Part shown: positions 28,367-37,741 of the stretch, in pieces
Position numbering within the stretch: the first letter of the stretch is position 1
How the letters are laid out: every line of letters begins with the position of its first letter
Source: Gemmatimonadota bacterium
Lineage (GTDB): Bacteria > Gemmatimonadota > Gemmatimonadetes > Palauibacterales > Palauibacteraceae
Assembly: GCA_965116475.1 (NCBI GenBank)
Contig: OZ220691.1
Span: forward strand, 2,432,001-2,496,000
Direction of reading: 5' to 3'
Length of the DNA stretch: 64,000 nt
Program-made: the position numbers and the translations under genes
The notes under the pieces: generated by a model
Database searches by the model: none
Seen by the model: only the letters and a program-made list of their open reading frames with translations
Told to the model about the DNA's origin: nothing

Positions 28367-29398
28367 CTAGTCCAGCATGAGGACGACCTTCGCCGCCTCG
28401 CCGGAATACATGGAGTCGAACCCTTCCTCGAAGCGGTCGAACGGGAGCCGGTGGGTGATCACCGGCCCGATATCGAGACGTCCCGACGCCAGGAAGTCCC
28501 GCATCTCGATCCACGTCCGGTACATGAGGCGCCCCACCACGCCATACACGTGGAGACCCTTGAAGATGACGTCGCGCGCGAGGTCGACCTCCACCGGATC
28601 CTTCGGCAGCCCCAGCAGCCGGACGTGGCCGCCGTTGCGGCACATGCGGAACGCGGAGCGCACGCCCGCGGGGTGCCCACTCATCTCGCACACCACGTGC
28701 GCCCCGTAGCCATGCGTGAGGTCGGCGATCCGCGCCTCCACCTCCCCGTCCGCCGGATCGAGGCAGTCGTGCGCGCCCATCCGCGCCGCGAGTTCCCGCC
28801 GCCCCTCGTGCGGCTCGACCGCGATGACCCTGGAGGCGCCCGCCGCGCGCGCGATCCCGATCGCGAACAGGCCGATCGGTCCGCACCCGACCACGGCGAC
28901 GACCCGCCCCGCCACGTCCGTGTGCAGAACCGTGTGGAAAGCGTTCCCGAGCGGGTCGAACACCGCCGCCAGATCGTCGTCGATGGAATCGGGAACGTGG
29001 ATGATGTTCGCCGCCGGGATGGAGACGTACTCGGCGAACGCGCCGTCCCGGTCGATGCCGATGATCCGCGTGTCCCGGCACACGTGCGCCTGCTCGGTGC
29101 CGCAGTACTCGCAGTGTCCGCAGACCAGGTGCCCCTCCGCCGAGACGCGGTCGCCGACCTCGATGTTCCGCACCAGGCGCCCCGTCTCGACGACCTCTCC
29201 CATGAATTCGTGGCCGAGGGTGACGGGGGGATTCACGCGATGCCGCGACCAGCGATCCCACTGGTGAATGTGCAGGTCCGTGCCGCAGATCCCCGCGCGC
29301 CGCACCTTGACCAGCACGTCGCGGGAGCGAATCTCGGGCACCGGCGCGTCGCACAGCACGAGGCCGGGGGCCGGCCCGGGTTTGCGGATCGCTTTCAT
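28367..29398 (-). CDS. tdh: L-threonine 3-dehydrogenase
   Basis: ICGTDLH, GHEF, VSAEGH, CGHCEYC, FDPLGNAFHT. Confidence 0.93.
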   Translation of the reverse strand: MKAIRKPGPAPGLVLCDAPVPEIRSRDVLVKVRRAGICGTDLHIHQWDRWSRHRVNPPVTLGHEFMGEVVETGRLVRNIEVGDRVSAEGHLVCGHCEYCGTEQAHVCRDTRIIGIDRDGAFAEYVSIPAANIIHVPDSIDDDLAAVFDPLGNAFHTVLHTDVAGRVVAVVGCGPIGLFAIGIARAAGASRVIAVEPHEGRRELAARMGAHDCLDPADGEVEARIADLTHGYGAHVVCEMSGHPAGVRSAFRMCRNGGHVRLLGLPKDPVEVDLARDVIFKGLHVYGVVGRLMYRTWIEMRDFLASGRLDIGPVITHRLPFDRFEEGFDSMYSGEAAKVVLMLD

Positions 29399-29632
29399 GG
29401 AGACGGAGGATGACTCCTGGTGACGTGTCGGGTGGCGCATGCCGGGTGGCGCATGTCGGGTGGCGGATAATGTGCCGGAGGATCTCACCGGGCGGCAAGC
29501 GCCGGGAACCCGGGGGGGCGGCCCTCCGTACGATGTCTCAGCGGGGAGTCGCTGACCGCCGCTGACCGCCCCTGGCCGCCGCGTGACGCCGTCCCGACGG
29601 CCTCGGGACCATTCTGGAGTCGGATCGGACCT

Positions 29633-30313
29633 GTGCGCACGACGACAAGGAAACGACCGGACTGGCGATACCGGGTTGCGTCATCGCGCTCCCGCCGCCG
29701 CGAGCGGGCCGTGTGGTGGGGCGGGATGCTCGCTTCCGCCCTCCTGCACGCGTTCCTCCTCCTCGCCTGGGTGCGCCCGGCGCCCGAGTTCGAGCCGGCG
29801 GCCCGGCCCGGCGTGGATCCCGATCTCCTCGCCGGTGGCGGTGGTCTGCAGGCGGTGCGGGTTTCCATGCCCCGCAGGATCGAGATCCCTCCGCCTCCGC
29901 GGCCCGTCCTCGCCGTCGACATGCCCGAGATCGAGGTTCGGGAGGCGGCGATCCAGGTCGCCTCCGAACTGCTCCCCGTCGGCGCGCCGGCGCCGTCGCC
30001 CGGGCGCGGGGCCGGGACCGGCGCCGGAGAGGAGGGGGCGGGCGGGGGCGAGGGCGATGGATACGTGTCGCCCGTGCCGAGGTCCGTCGTGCCGCACTGG
30101 GACCCCCCGAGCGCCGTCCGCGGCATGGAGGTGACGGTGCGCGTCTTCGTCGACGCCACCGGGCGTCCCGGCCTCGTCGAACTGGATCCCCCGACCCCGG
30201 ACGAGGACTTCAACCGCGACATCATGCGCCAGGTGCGCGCGTGGGAATACCGCCCCGCGCTCCGCCACGGAACCCCCGTCGACGGCTGGGCCGAGATCAC
30301 CTTCATCTTCTGA
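29633..30313 (+). CDS. TonB-like energy transducer
   Basis: TM helix with SALLH, proline-rich linker, C-terminal WEYRPA..GTPV. Confidence 0.75.
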   Translation: MRTTTRKRPDWRYRVASSRSRRRERAVWWGGMLASALLHAFLLLAWVRPAPEFEPAARPGVDPDLLAGGGGLQAVRVSMPRRIEIPPPPRPVLAVDMPEIEVREAAIQVASELLPVGAPAPSPGRGAGTGAGEEGAGGGEGDGYVSPVPRSVVPHWDPPSAVRGMEVTVRVFVDATGRPGLVELDPPTPDEDFNRDIMRQVRAWEYRPALRHGTPVDGWAEITFIF

Positions 30314-30383
30314 TTTGATGGCCGGTTGATCCGCTCACCGATCCTCGGGCAGGCATCGGACCTGTTACGGGGGGGGGTGAGGG

Positions 30384-31082
30384 GTGTGGGATCTGAATCG
30401 CGCGGAACGCAAGGCCATGGGCGCCGCGCTCGTGCTCGTGGGCGTGAGTCTCGTGACGCGCACCCTCCTCGCGCCCGACCCGGGCCGGCTTGAAGGCCTC
30501 GACACGATCGACCCCGCGACGGATCTGGAGGGCATCGAGGGCGAGGTCGTCGCCGCGCTGACCCGGGAGCAGCGAGCGCAGACCCCGCTCGCCGCCGGGG
30601 AAAAGATCGATGTGAACCGTGCCCCGGCCGACGAGTTGCGTCGGCTGCCCGGCGTCGGTCCGAGCCTGGCGCAGGCGCTCATCGAGGAGCGGCAACGCGC
30701 TCCGTTCCGCGCAACCGCCGACCTGGAGCGGGTCCCCGGAGTGGGGGAGGTCACCGCGCGCCGCCTCGCGCCGCATATCCGTTTCGAGCCCGGGGCGCCC
30801 CGCTCGGCCCCCGATCCCGGCGCGCGCCGCCCGGCTCCCGCCCCCGCCGCGCCGATGGCGATGGGCTGTCCGCCCGGCGGCGCACGGATCGATCTCAATC
30901 GGGCCGATCGCGCACAACTCGAGACCCTGTCCGGCATCGGACCCGCCCTCGCGGCCCGCATCATCGAGGACCGAAGCGAGAACGGACGGTTCGAAACGCC
31001 GGAGGCCGTGACCCGCGTCCGGGGCATCGGCCCACGCTCGCTCGCCCGCTTCCGGGAACAGGTATGCGCGGGGACGCGGTGA
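30384..31082 (+). CDS. comEA: ComEA-family DNA receptor with two helix-hairpin-helix domains
   Basis: IDVNRA..ELRRLPGVGP and IDLNRA..LETLSGIGP; N-terminal TM helix. Confidence 0.85.
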   Translation: MWDLNRAERKAMGAALVLVGVSLVTRTLLAPDPGRLEGLDTIDPATDLEGIEGEVVAALTREQRAQTPLAAGEKIDVNRAPADELRRLPGVGPSLAQALIEERQRAPFRATADLERVPGVGEVTARRLAPHIRFEPGAPRSAPDPGARRPAPAPAAPMAMGCPPGGARIDLNRADRAQLETLSGIGPALAARIIEDRSENGRFETPEAVTRVRGIGPRSLARFREQVCAGTR

Positions 31083-32590
31083 CTCCCTCCCGGGCCGCGG
31101 ATAGCCCGGCCCCGAAGCGGAAGCGGCCGGCGTCGGATCCGAAGGTTCTTCGTCTCATCCCGGCGGAGTTTGCGAGTCGGCATCTCGTGCTCCCGCTGCG
31201 GCGCACCGGCCGGACGCTTTCCGTCGCGATGGCGGACCCGTCCGACGCGGCGCTCATCGACGACCTGCAGTTCCTCACCCAGTTCGAGATCGACGCCGTT
31301 GGAGTGGGAGAACACACGCTCCGCCAACGGATCGACCGGAGTTATGAAGCCGCCACGACACGCGGGAGCGGGCGGGCGGAGGAAGTGACCGGGGCACCGC
31401 CGGCCGAAGCCGATTCGGCCGAAGCGAGTGAGGAACCGGCCGTGAGGCTTATCGACGACATCCTCGGCGATGCGGTACGTCGCGGCGCATCGGACATCCA
31501 CTTCGAGCCGTACGAGACCGAACTGCGGATCCGCTATCGCCTGGATGGGAGATTGCGCGAGATCCTGCGGCCGCCCTTCCGGCTGGCGGCAGCCCTGACG
31601 TCTCGCCTCAAGATTCTGGCGGACCTGGACATCGCGGAGCGCCGGATTCCCCAGGACGGCCGGATCCGGATGCCGGTCGCCGACCGGGTCATCGATTTCC
31701 GGGTCTCGACGCTTCCCACGCTGTTCGGCGAGAAGGTCGTCCTCCGAATCCTCGACAGGGAGCGGCAGGCCTTCGACCTCGAAGCCTTCGGGATGGAGAC
31801 GCGCGCGGAGCGCGAGCTGCTCGCGGCGATCGCGCAGACGTCGGGCATGGTTCTGGTCACGGGCCCCACGGGATCCGGGAAGACCACGACGCTCTACAGC
31901 GCCCTCGCGAGACTCAATACGCCCCAGGCGAACATCATGACCGCCGAGGATCCGGTCGAGTACAGCATCGAAGGCATCAACCAGGTCCAGATTCGTCCGA
32001 AGATCGGTCTCACCTTCGCCACGACGCTTCGCGCCTTCCTGCGGCAGGACCCCAACATCCTCATGGTAGGCGAGATCCGCGACCGCGAGACGGGCGGCAT
32101 CGCCGTGAAGGCGGCGCTCACGGGCCATCTCGTGCTCTCCACGCTCCACACCAATGACGCCGCTTCGACCGCGACGCGACTCGTGGACATGGGGATCGAA
32201 GCGTTCAACGTGGCCGTCGCCGTCAAGGTCATCACCGCCCAGCGGCTCGTCGGCCGGATCTGTCCCGACTGCCGGGTCGAGACGAGCTACGCACCCGAGA
32301 TCATGAGTTCGGTCGGGCTGGAAGCGGACGGACGCGGCGCGGGCGCCTTCTACCGCGGCGCGGGCTGCGATTCGTGCGACGGGTCGGGGTATTCGGGCCG
32401 TCAGGGCCTGTATGAAGTCCTTCCGATGTCTCCCGCGATCCGCCGGCTCGTTCTGGCAGGCGCTTCGTCGGAGGAGATCGAGCGCTGTGCCGTCAAAGAG
32501 GGGATGATCACCCTGCGACAGGATGGGTTCGCCAAGGCGAAGAGGGGGATCGCGACGCTCGAAGACGTGCTCAGGGAGACGCCGGCGTAG
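31064..32590 (+). CDS. pilB: Type IV pilus extension ATPase
   Basis: ASDIHFEP, GPTGSGKTT, EDPVE, LRQDP, TGHLVLSTLHTN, Cys zinc motif. Confidence 0.92.
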   Translation: MRGDAVTPSRAADSPAPKRKRPASDPKVLRLIPAEFASRHLVLPLRRTGRTLSVAMADPSDAALIDDLQFLTQFEIDAVGVGEHTLRQRIDRSYEAATTRGSGRAEEVTGAPPAEADSAEASEEPAVRLIDDILGDAVRRGASDIHFEPYETELRIRYRLDGRLREILRPPFRLAAALTSRLKILADLDIAERRIPQDGRIRMPVADRVIDFRVSTLPTLFGEKVVLRILDRERQAFDLEAFGMETRAERELLAAIAQTSGMVLVTGPTGSGKTTTLYSALARLNTPQANIMTAEDPVEYSIEGINQVQIRPKIGLTFATTLRAFLRQDPNILMVGEIRDRETGGIAVKAALTGHLVLSTLHTNDAASTATRLVDMGIEAFNVAVAVKVITAQRLVGRICPDCRVETSYAPEIMSSVGLEADGRGAGAFYRGAGCDSCDGSGYSGRQGLYEVLPMSPAIRRLVLAGASSEEIERCAVKEGMITLRQDGFAKAKRGIATLEDVLRETPA

Positions 32591-32600
32591 GCCGGGCCGG

Positions 32601-33689
32601 ATGGACGCACGTGTGGTGGAACTGCTGAGCGAGATGGTCGAACGGGGAGCGTCCGACCTGCACCTTACGGCGGGCGAACGCCCGAAGCTGCGGATCGACG
32701 GCAACCTCACGGACAGTCGCGCGGAGAACGCGCTGGATTCGGAGGATACCGAAGCTCTCGGTCTCTCGATGCTGTCGAAGGAACAGCGCGAGCGCTTCGC
32801 GGGCGAGCCCGACTTCGATTTCGGCTTCGCGATCCCCGGCCTCTCCCGCTTTCGCGCGAACCTGTTCCGGCAGCGAGGGAGCGTGGCGTGCGCCATCCGC
32901 CGCGTGCCGGTCGAAATCCCGAGCCTGCGCGAACTCGGCGTGCCATCGGTCGTCGGCCGGCTGGCGGACAAACCGCGCGGGCTCGTGCTGGTGACGGGGC
33001 CCACCGGCTCGGGCAAGTCGACGACGCTGGCGGCGATGGTGGACCGCATCAACACGGCCCGAGCGGGCCACATCGTGACCATCGAGGATCCGATCGAATT
33101 CGTCCATCCGCACAAACGCTGCATCGTGAACCAGCGCGAGATCGGACAGGACACGCCCGACTTCGCCAGCGCCCTCCGCTACGCCCTGCGCCAGGACCCG
33201 GACGTGATTCTCATTGGCGAGTTGCGGGATCCCGAGACGATTCAGGCCGCGCTCACGGTCGCGGAGACCGGACACCTCGCGCTCGGAACGCTGCATACGC
33301 GTTCGGCGGCGGAGTCCATCCACCGGATCATCGATGCCTTCACGGCCCATCGACAGGAGCAGGTGCGCGCCCAGTTCGCCCACGTCTTCGAGGGCGTCAT
33401 CACCCAGACGCTGCTTCGTCGCGCGCGGGGCGGCGGACGGGTCGTCGCGTGCGAGATTCTGGTCGCGACGCCCGCGGTCCGGGCTCTGATTCGGGAGGCG
33501 AAGGTCCATCAGATCCACTCCGCCATGCAGGCCGCGCGCAGGTTCGGCATGCGGACGCTCAACGATGCGCTCCACCAGCTCTATGTCCGGCGGCAGGTGG
33601 ACTTCGAGGAATGTCTTCGGATCACCTCCGATCCCGCCGAGTTCCGTCGCATGACGAGTACGTCGGCGCCAGACGGGTCCGCCCGATGA
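32601..33689 (+). CDS. pilT: Type IV pilus retraction ATPase
   Basis: GASDLH, GPTGSGKSTT, VNQRE, ALRQDPD, AVRALIRE. Confidence 0.93.
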   Translation: MDARVVELLSEMVERGASDLHLTAGERPKLRIDGNLTDSRAENALDSEDTEALGLSMLSKEQRERFAGEPDFDFGFAIPGLSRFRANLFRQRGSVACAIRRVPVEIPSLRELGVPSVVGRLADKPRGLVLVTGPTGSGKSTTLAAMVDRINTARAGHIVTIEDPIEFVHPHKRCIVNQREIGQDTPDFASALRYALRQDPDVILIGELRDPETIQAALTVAETGHLALGTLHTRSAAESIHRIIDAFTAHRQEQVRAQFAHVFEGVITQTLLRRARGGGRVVACEILVATPAVRALIREAKVHQIHSAMQAARRFGMRTLNDALHQLYVRRQVDFEECLRITSDPAEFRRMTSTSAPDGSAR

Positions 33690-33810
33690 AGGGAATCGAC
33701 GTGAAGGGAATCGACGTGAAGAGAGGGGTAGCGGCCGACCGTCGGCAATGGTGCGGGGTGGATGATGTGGGGGCCGGCGGTCGGTCCACCTCTCTCCCGG
33801 CCGGAAGCCC

Positions 33811-34908
33811 GTGACGTCCGCCGCGGCGAACATCGTCCGGCACGCGAGGCGCCGCATCGTCGCTCCGCCGCCACGGGTGAAGACGCGTGATCTCGTGCTC
33901 TTCACGCGGCAGTTCTCCGTGATGATCAGCGCCGGGTTGCCGCTTACCCGGACGCTGGAGACCCTCGCGCTCCAGGCGGAAAACCCGGCGCTTCGGCAGG
34001 TGGCCCGCGACACGCTTCGCGACGTCGAAGCCGGCAACACGCTCGCCGGCGCGCTCGGGAGGCATCCGCGCATTTTCACGCAGCTCTACGTGAACATGGT
34101 CCATGCGGGCGAATCCGGGAGCCGGTTGGACGGGATTCTCGACCGCCTCGCCACCTTCCTCGAGAAGAGCGAACAGATCCGTCGAAAGGTGAAGGGCGCC
34201 ATGCTCTATCCGGCCGTCGTGCTCGCGGTGGCCATCGCGGTCGTCGCGACGCTCCTCCTCTTCGTGATCCCGACGTTCGAGACCGTCTTCGCGAGTTTCG
34301 ATGCGACGCTCCCTCTCCCGACACGCGTGGTCATCGGTCTTTCGGGGATCGTCCAGAACTGGTGGTGGGCGCTGCTTGCTACGGCGGCGGGCGCGGCCGT
34401 GGTGCTGCGCCGCTGGATCGCCACGGACGCGGGACGACGGCGTTTCGACCGTATCCTGCTGCAACTGCCGGTGCTCGGCACGCTGATTCGGAAGGCCGCC
34501 GTGTCCCGGGTCACGCGGACCCTGGGAACGCTGCTCTCGTCGGGCGTTCCGATTCTCGAAGGACTCGAGATCACCGCGCGGACGGCAGGGAACCGCGTGA
34601 TCGAGGATGCGATACAGGCTAGTCGGGTCGCGATCCGGCGAGGTGACTCCATCGCGCGGCCCCTGCGCGAAACCCGGGCCTTCCCACCCATGGTGGCCCG
34701 AATGATCCATGTCGGAGAAGAGACCGGCGATCTCGATGGGATGCTGGCCCGGATCGCCGACTTCTACGACGACGAAGTCGATGCCGGCGCCGAAAGTCTG
34801 CTGAGGATACTGGAGCCCGTTCTCATCGTGATCCTCGGAGGTCTCGTCGGTGGGATGATCGTCGCCATGTACCTCCCCATTTTCGAACTTATCAACGCGA
34901 TCCAGTAA
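33811..34908 (+). CDS. pilC: Type IV pilus platform protein
   Basis: FTRQFSVMISAGLP, AMLYP, GEETG, AMYLPIF. Confidence 0.92.
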   Translation: MTSAAANIVRHARRRIVAPPPRVKTRDLVLFTRQFSVMISAGLPLTRTLETLALQAENPALRQVARDTLRDVEAGNTLAGALGRHPRIFTQLYVNMVHAGESGSRLDGILDRLATFLEKSEQIRRKVKGAMLYPAVVLAVAIAVVATLLLFVIPTFETVFASFDATLPLPTRVVIGLSGIVQNWWWALLATAAGAAVVLRRWIATDAGRRRFDRILLQLPVLGTLIRKAAVSRVTRTLGTLLSSGVPILEGLEITARTAGNRVIEDAIQASRVAIRRGDSIARPLRETRAFPPMVARMIHVGEETGDLDGMLARIADFYDDEVDAGAESLLRILEPVLIVILGGLVGGMIVAMYLPIFELINAIQ

Positions 34909-34978
34909 CGCCCGTTGAATTCGAGGGACACGGATCCGCGCGGCTTGCGGGGTTCCTCCTCGTTCCTCTTCTTGCCGC

Positions 34979-35440
34979 ATGTCCGCGAGCACGAACGACG
35001 AAGACACGATCCGCCCCGAGACCGCTCCCCACGTGCGGGATCTCCTCGGTGAGCCGGTCGACGCGGCCTTCGAGCGGTTCGGACGCGCGGCGGCGGACCG
35101 GCCGTCCGGCGAAGACCGGTGGCTGCGCTTCGAGGCTCCGAACTGGACGTTGCGCCTGCGAGCCAGGCCGAACCGGGTCGGCGGTCCGGCACTCATCCGG
35201 TCGTGGACGGCCGCTTTCGCGGAGGGGTTCCCCACCGTGCCGGAGGCGCTGCGCGCGCTGGGGTTGCCGTCTCCAGAACCGTCGCCCCGGACGGAGAGTA
35301 TTCGTCTCCCGCTGCGTGACGGCGCCGGGCGGGTGCATTCGCTGACCCTGTCGGCGCGGCACGGTCGAATCCGCGCCGCTACGGGTTTCGATGAACCGCC
35401 GGACTGGGACGTTGAGACTCCGTTGCTGGACCATGCCTAA
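34979..35440 (+). CDS. Hypothetical protein inside the pilus locus
   Basis: 153-aa ORF filling the pilC-pilA gap; no recognised motif. Confidence 0.5.
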   Translation: MSASTNDEDTIRPETAPHVRDLLGEPVDAAFERFGRAAADRPSGEDRWLRFEAPNWTLRLRARPNRVGGPALIRSWTAAFAEGFPTVPEALRALGLPSPEPSPRTESIRLPLRDGAGRVHSLTLSARHGRIRAATGFDEPPDWDVETPLLDHA

Positions 35441-35536
35441 ATATGGGGTAACCGTCCGCGGTGGCCGGCGCCCCGCCGGAGCCGCGGCCCGGGCAGCCCC
35501 ACGGGAGGGGCTGCCGAAGATCCAACCCGGGCGGAA

Positions 35537-35974
35537 GTGAGGAGAGGGATGAGAAGAACGACGAGGAGTGGCGCCGAGGGGTTCACGCTGATCGAACTGC
35601 TGATCGTGGTGGTCATCATCGGCATTCTCGCGGCCATCGCGATTCCGCAGTTCACGAGCACGAAGGAAAAAGCGTTCGATGCCGCCGCGCAGAGCGACAT
35701 TCGCAACATGATGACGGCGGAGGAAGCGCACTTCTTCAACAACCAGGCGTATGCCGCGGTCAGCGTGGCCGCCGGTGGCGAGGCGGACCTCGACGGCGAC
35801 GGGACCCCAGACTTCCAGGCCAGCACGAACATCGCGCTTGCAGTGACGGCCTATACCGACGGCTACCAGATCACGGCGAAGCACGCATCCTCGCCGAACA
35901 CCTGGTGCGTCAATTCGTCGTCCGGGAACGCCGCGGGCGCCGTCGGGCAGATCATCGAGGCCACCAGTTGCTAG
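35537..35974 (+). CDS. pilA: Type IVa major pilin
   Basis: G|FTLIELLIVVVIIGILAAIAIP, C-terminal Cys pair. Confidence 0.88.
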   Translation: MRRGMRRTTRSGAEGFTLIELLIVVVIIGILAAIAIPQFTSTKEKAFDAAAQSDIRNMMTAEEAHFFNNQAYAAVSVAAGGEADLDGDGTPDFQASTNIALAVTAYTDGYQITAKHASSPNTWCVNSSSGNAAGAVGQIIEATSC

Positions 35975-36063
35975 CGGCCCGCCGGTCGTTGATGCGCCGT
36001 TGACGCGACGGGCGATGCTTACGGTGAGAATCGGAAACACTCATTCGAGGAAGGGAGCACCCC

Positions 36064-36531
36064 GTGCAGCACAGCGGATCACCCGGGTCGCATGGATCGC
36101 GAACGGGGCGGAGCGGGTTCAGTCTGGTGGAGGTCGCGGTCGCGCTGGCCATCACGGGGTTGGCTGCGACCTTCATCATCTCGCGCCAGCCCCTCGACCG
36201 TTTCAGTCTGACGCGAGCCGCGCGGGTGGCGGAGTCGCAGCTCACGCTGGCCCGCCTCCACGCCGTGGCAACCCACGCGCCGACGACGGTGACGCTCACG
36301 GGAACCCGGCTCGAAGTGTCGCGCCGCGGAGGGTCGTTGCTGTCTCGCGTCGATCTGGGGGGGCGCGCCCTCGGCCGGCTCGACTCGGTGCGGCTGCGGC
36401 CCTCCACGCTCCGGTTCAACGCCCGGGGTCACGGGTCCCCCGGTAACCTCTACCTGTATCGCGGAGAGCGCGGCATTCGGCTCGTGTCGAATTTCGTGGG
36501 CCGGGTTCGGGCGGAACCGTTGCCGAATTGA
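36064..36531 (+). CDS. Minor pilin, FimT/GspH-like
   Basis: G|FSLVEV, LARLHAV, LRFNARG. Confidence 0.75.
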   Translation: MQHSGSPGSHGSRTGRSGFSLVEVAVALAITGLAATFIISRQPLDRFSLTRAARVAESQLTLARLHAVATHAPTTVTLTGTRLEVSRRGGSLLSRVDLGGRALGRLDSVRLRPSTLRFNARGHGSPGNLYLYRGERGIRLVSNFVGRVRAEPLPN

Positions 36532-36896
36532 AGACCACCGGCTTCAGTCTGGTCGAGGTCCTGCTGGCCATCGTCGTGACGTCCGTCGGGGTCCTTGGAG
36601 CCGCGGGCGTGGTGCTTGGGATCGGTTCCCAGGCGCTCCGGGCGGAGCGGGACACGGAGCATGCGCTCGCGGGTCGAAACGCCACGGAGTCGCTTGTCCG
36701 GGCCGGACATGCGGTCGCAACGTCGCACACGAGTACCGTCGATATCGGTGAACATCGATTCGACATCCGGCACGACGTGACCGAGTCCTCGCCACGGCTA
36801 AGACACGCCCGCGTGACCGTGTCCGTGCCGTCGGTCCCGGCGGCGGAATTCGAGATCGTGCTCGTGCGGCCCCGCCCGCTCCCCGCCGCGCCATGA
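36528..36896 (+). CDS. Minor pilin, PilV-like
   Basis: G|FSLVEVLLAIVVTSVGVLG. Confidence 0.75.
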   Translation: MKTTGFSLVEVLLAIVVTSVGVLGAAGVVLGIGSQALRAERDTEHALAGRNATESLVRAGHAVATSHTSTVDIGEHRFDIRHDVTESSPRLRHARVTVSVPSVPAAEFEIVLVRPRPLPAAP

Positions 36897-37738
36897 CCGT
36901 TCCACGACGCCTCGTGCCCGCCGGAGCCCGCCGGCAGAGCGGGTTCACGCTGCCCGAGATGCTCGTCGCGCTCACAAGCGCGGGTCTGCTCATCGGCCTG
37001 CTCATTGGGCTGCTGGCGAGTCAAAGCGCCTTTCATCTGCGAAACGAGGACGCCATCCAGGCCTTGCAGATTACGCGCGCCCTTTCCGATGGACCGGGAG
37101 CGGAGATCCGCGGCGCCGGGCCGAGCGATCTGCTCCTTGCGACGCCCGACACGGTGTCCATCCGCGTCGACGTGTTGACGGCCGTCGTATGCGACACGGC
37201 GAGCGGTTCGATCGATCTCTTCGTCTACGATTCCATCGCCGCGAACCCTCAACCCGGGTGGCGCGGTACGGCGATTTCCGGGCCGTACTCGGCGACCTGG
37301 ATCTACGCGGACGGATTCACGCCCGTGTCCGGTGTCTCGGCGGCGGCGGAGACCGGTTGCCGGGCAGCCGGAGCGGATCGTGCGAATCGCATGCCGACCC
37401 GGTGGTTCCGCCGCACGAGCGGCTGGAGCGGCGGTTTCGCCGCGATGCCCGTGCCCGGCTCGCTCGCTCGCCTCTATGGGCGGCTCACCTACGCCATCCA
37501 CCGATCCGATTCCGAGCCGGGGACCGTGTCCATCCGGCGTAACGGCCAGGCGTTCGTGTCTCCGCTCGAGCCCGGAACGGCGTTCGAGTATCGGTTGTCG
37601 GGCGGCGCGATCCAGGCCCGCGTGGCGCCCGGGGATCTTTCCCGCGTGCGCGAAGTCCGGCTGACCGGCACGGCCATCGGCCGAAACGGCCGCGCCACGG
37701 GTCGGCGCGTCGTCTACGCGCTGTCGCTCCGCAACTGA
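36893..37738 (+). CDS. Minor pilin, PilW-like
   Basis: G|FTLPEML, EIRGAG, C-terminal LRN. Confidence 0.75.
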   Translation: MTVPRRLVPAGARRQSGFTLPEMLVALTSAGLLIGLLIGLLASQSAFHLRNEDAIQALQITRALSDGPGAEIRGAGPSDLLLATPDTVSIRVDVLTAVVCDTASGSIDLFVYDSIAANPQPGWRGTAISGPYSATWIYADGFTPVSGVSAAAETGCRAAGADRANRMPTRWFRRTSGWSGGFAAMPVPGSLARLYGRLTYAIHRSDSEPGTVSIRRNGQAFVSPLEPGTAFEYRLSGGAIQARVAPGDLSRVREVRLTGTAIGRNGRATGRRVVYALSLRN

Positions 37739-37741
37739 GAC

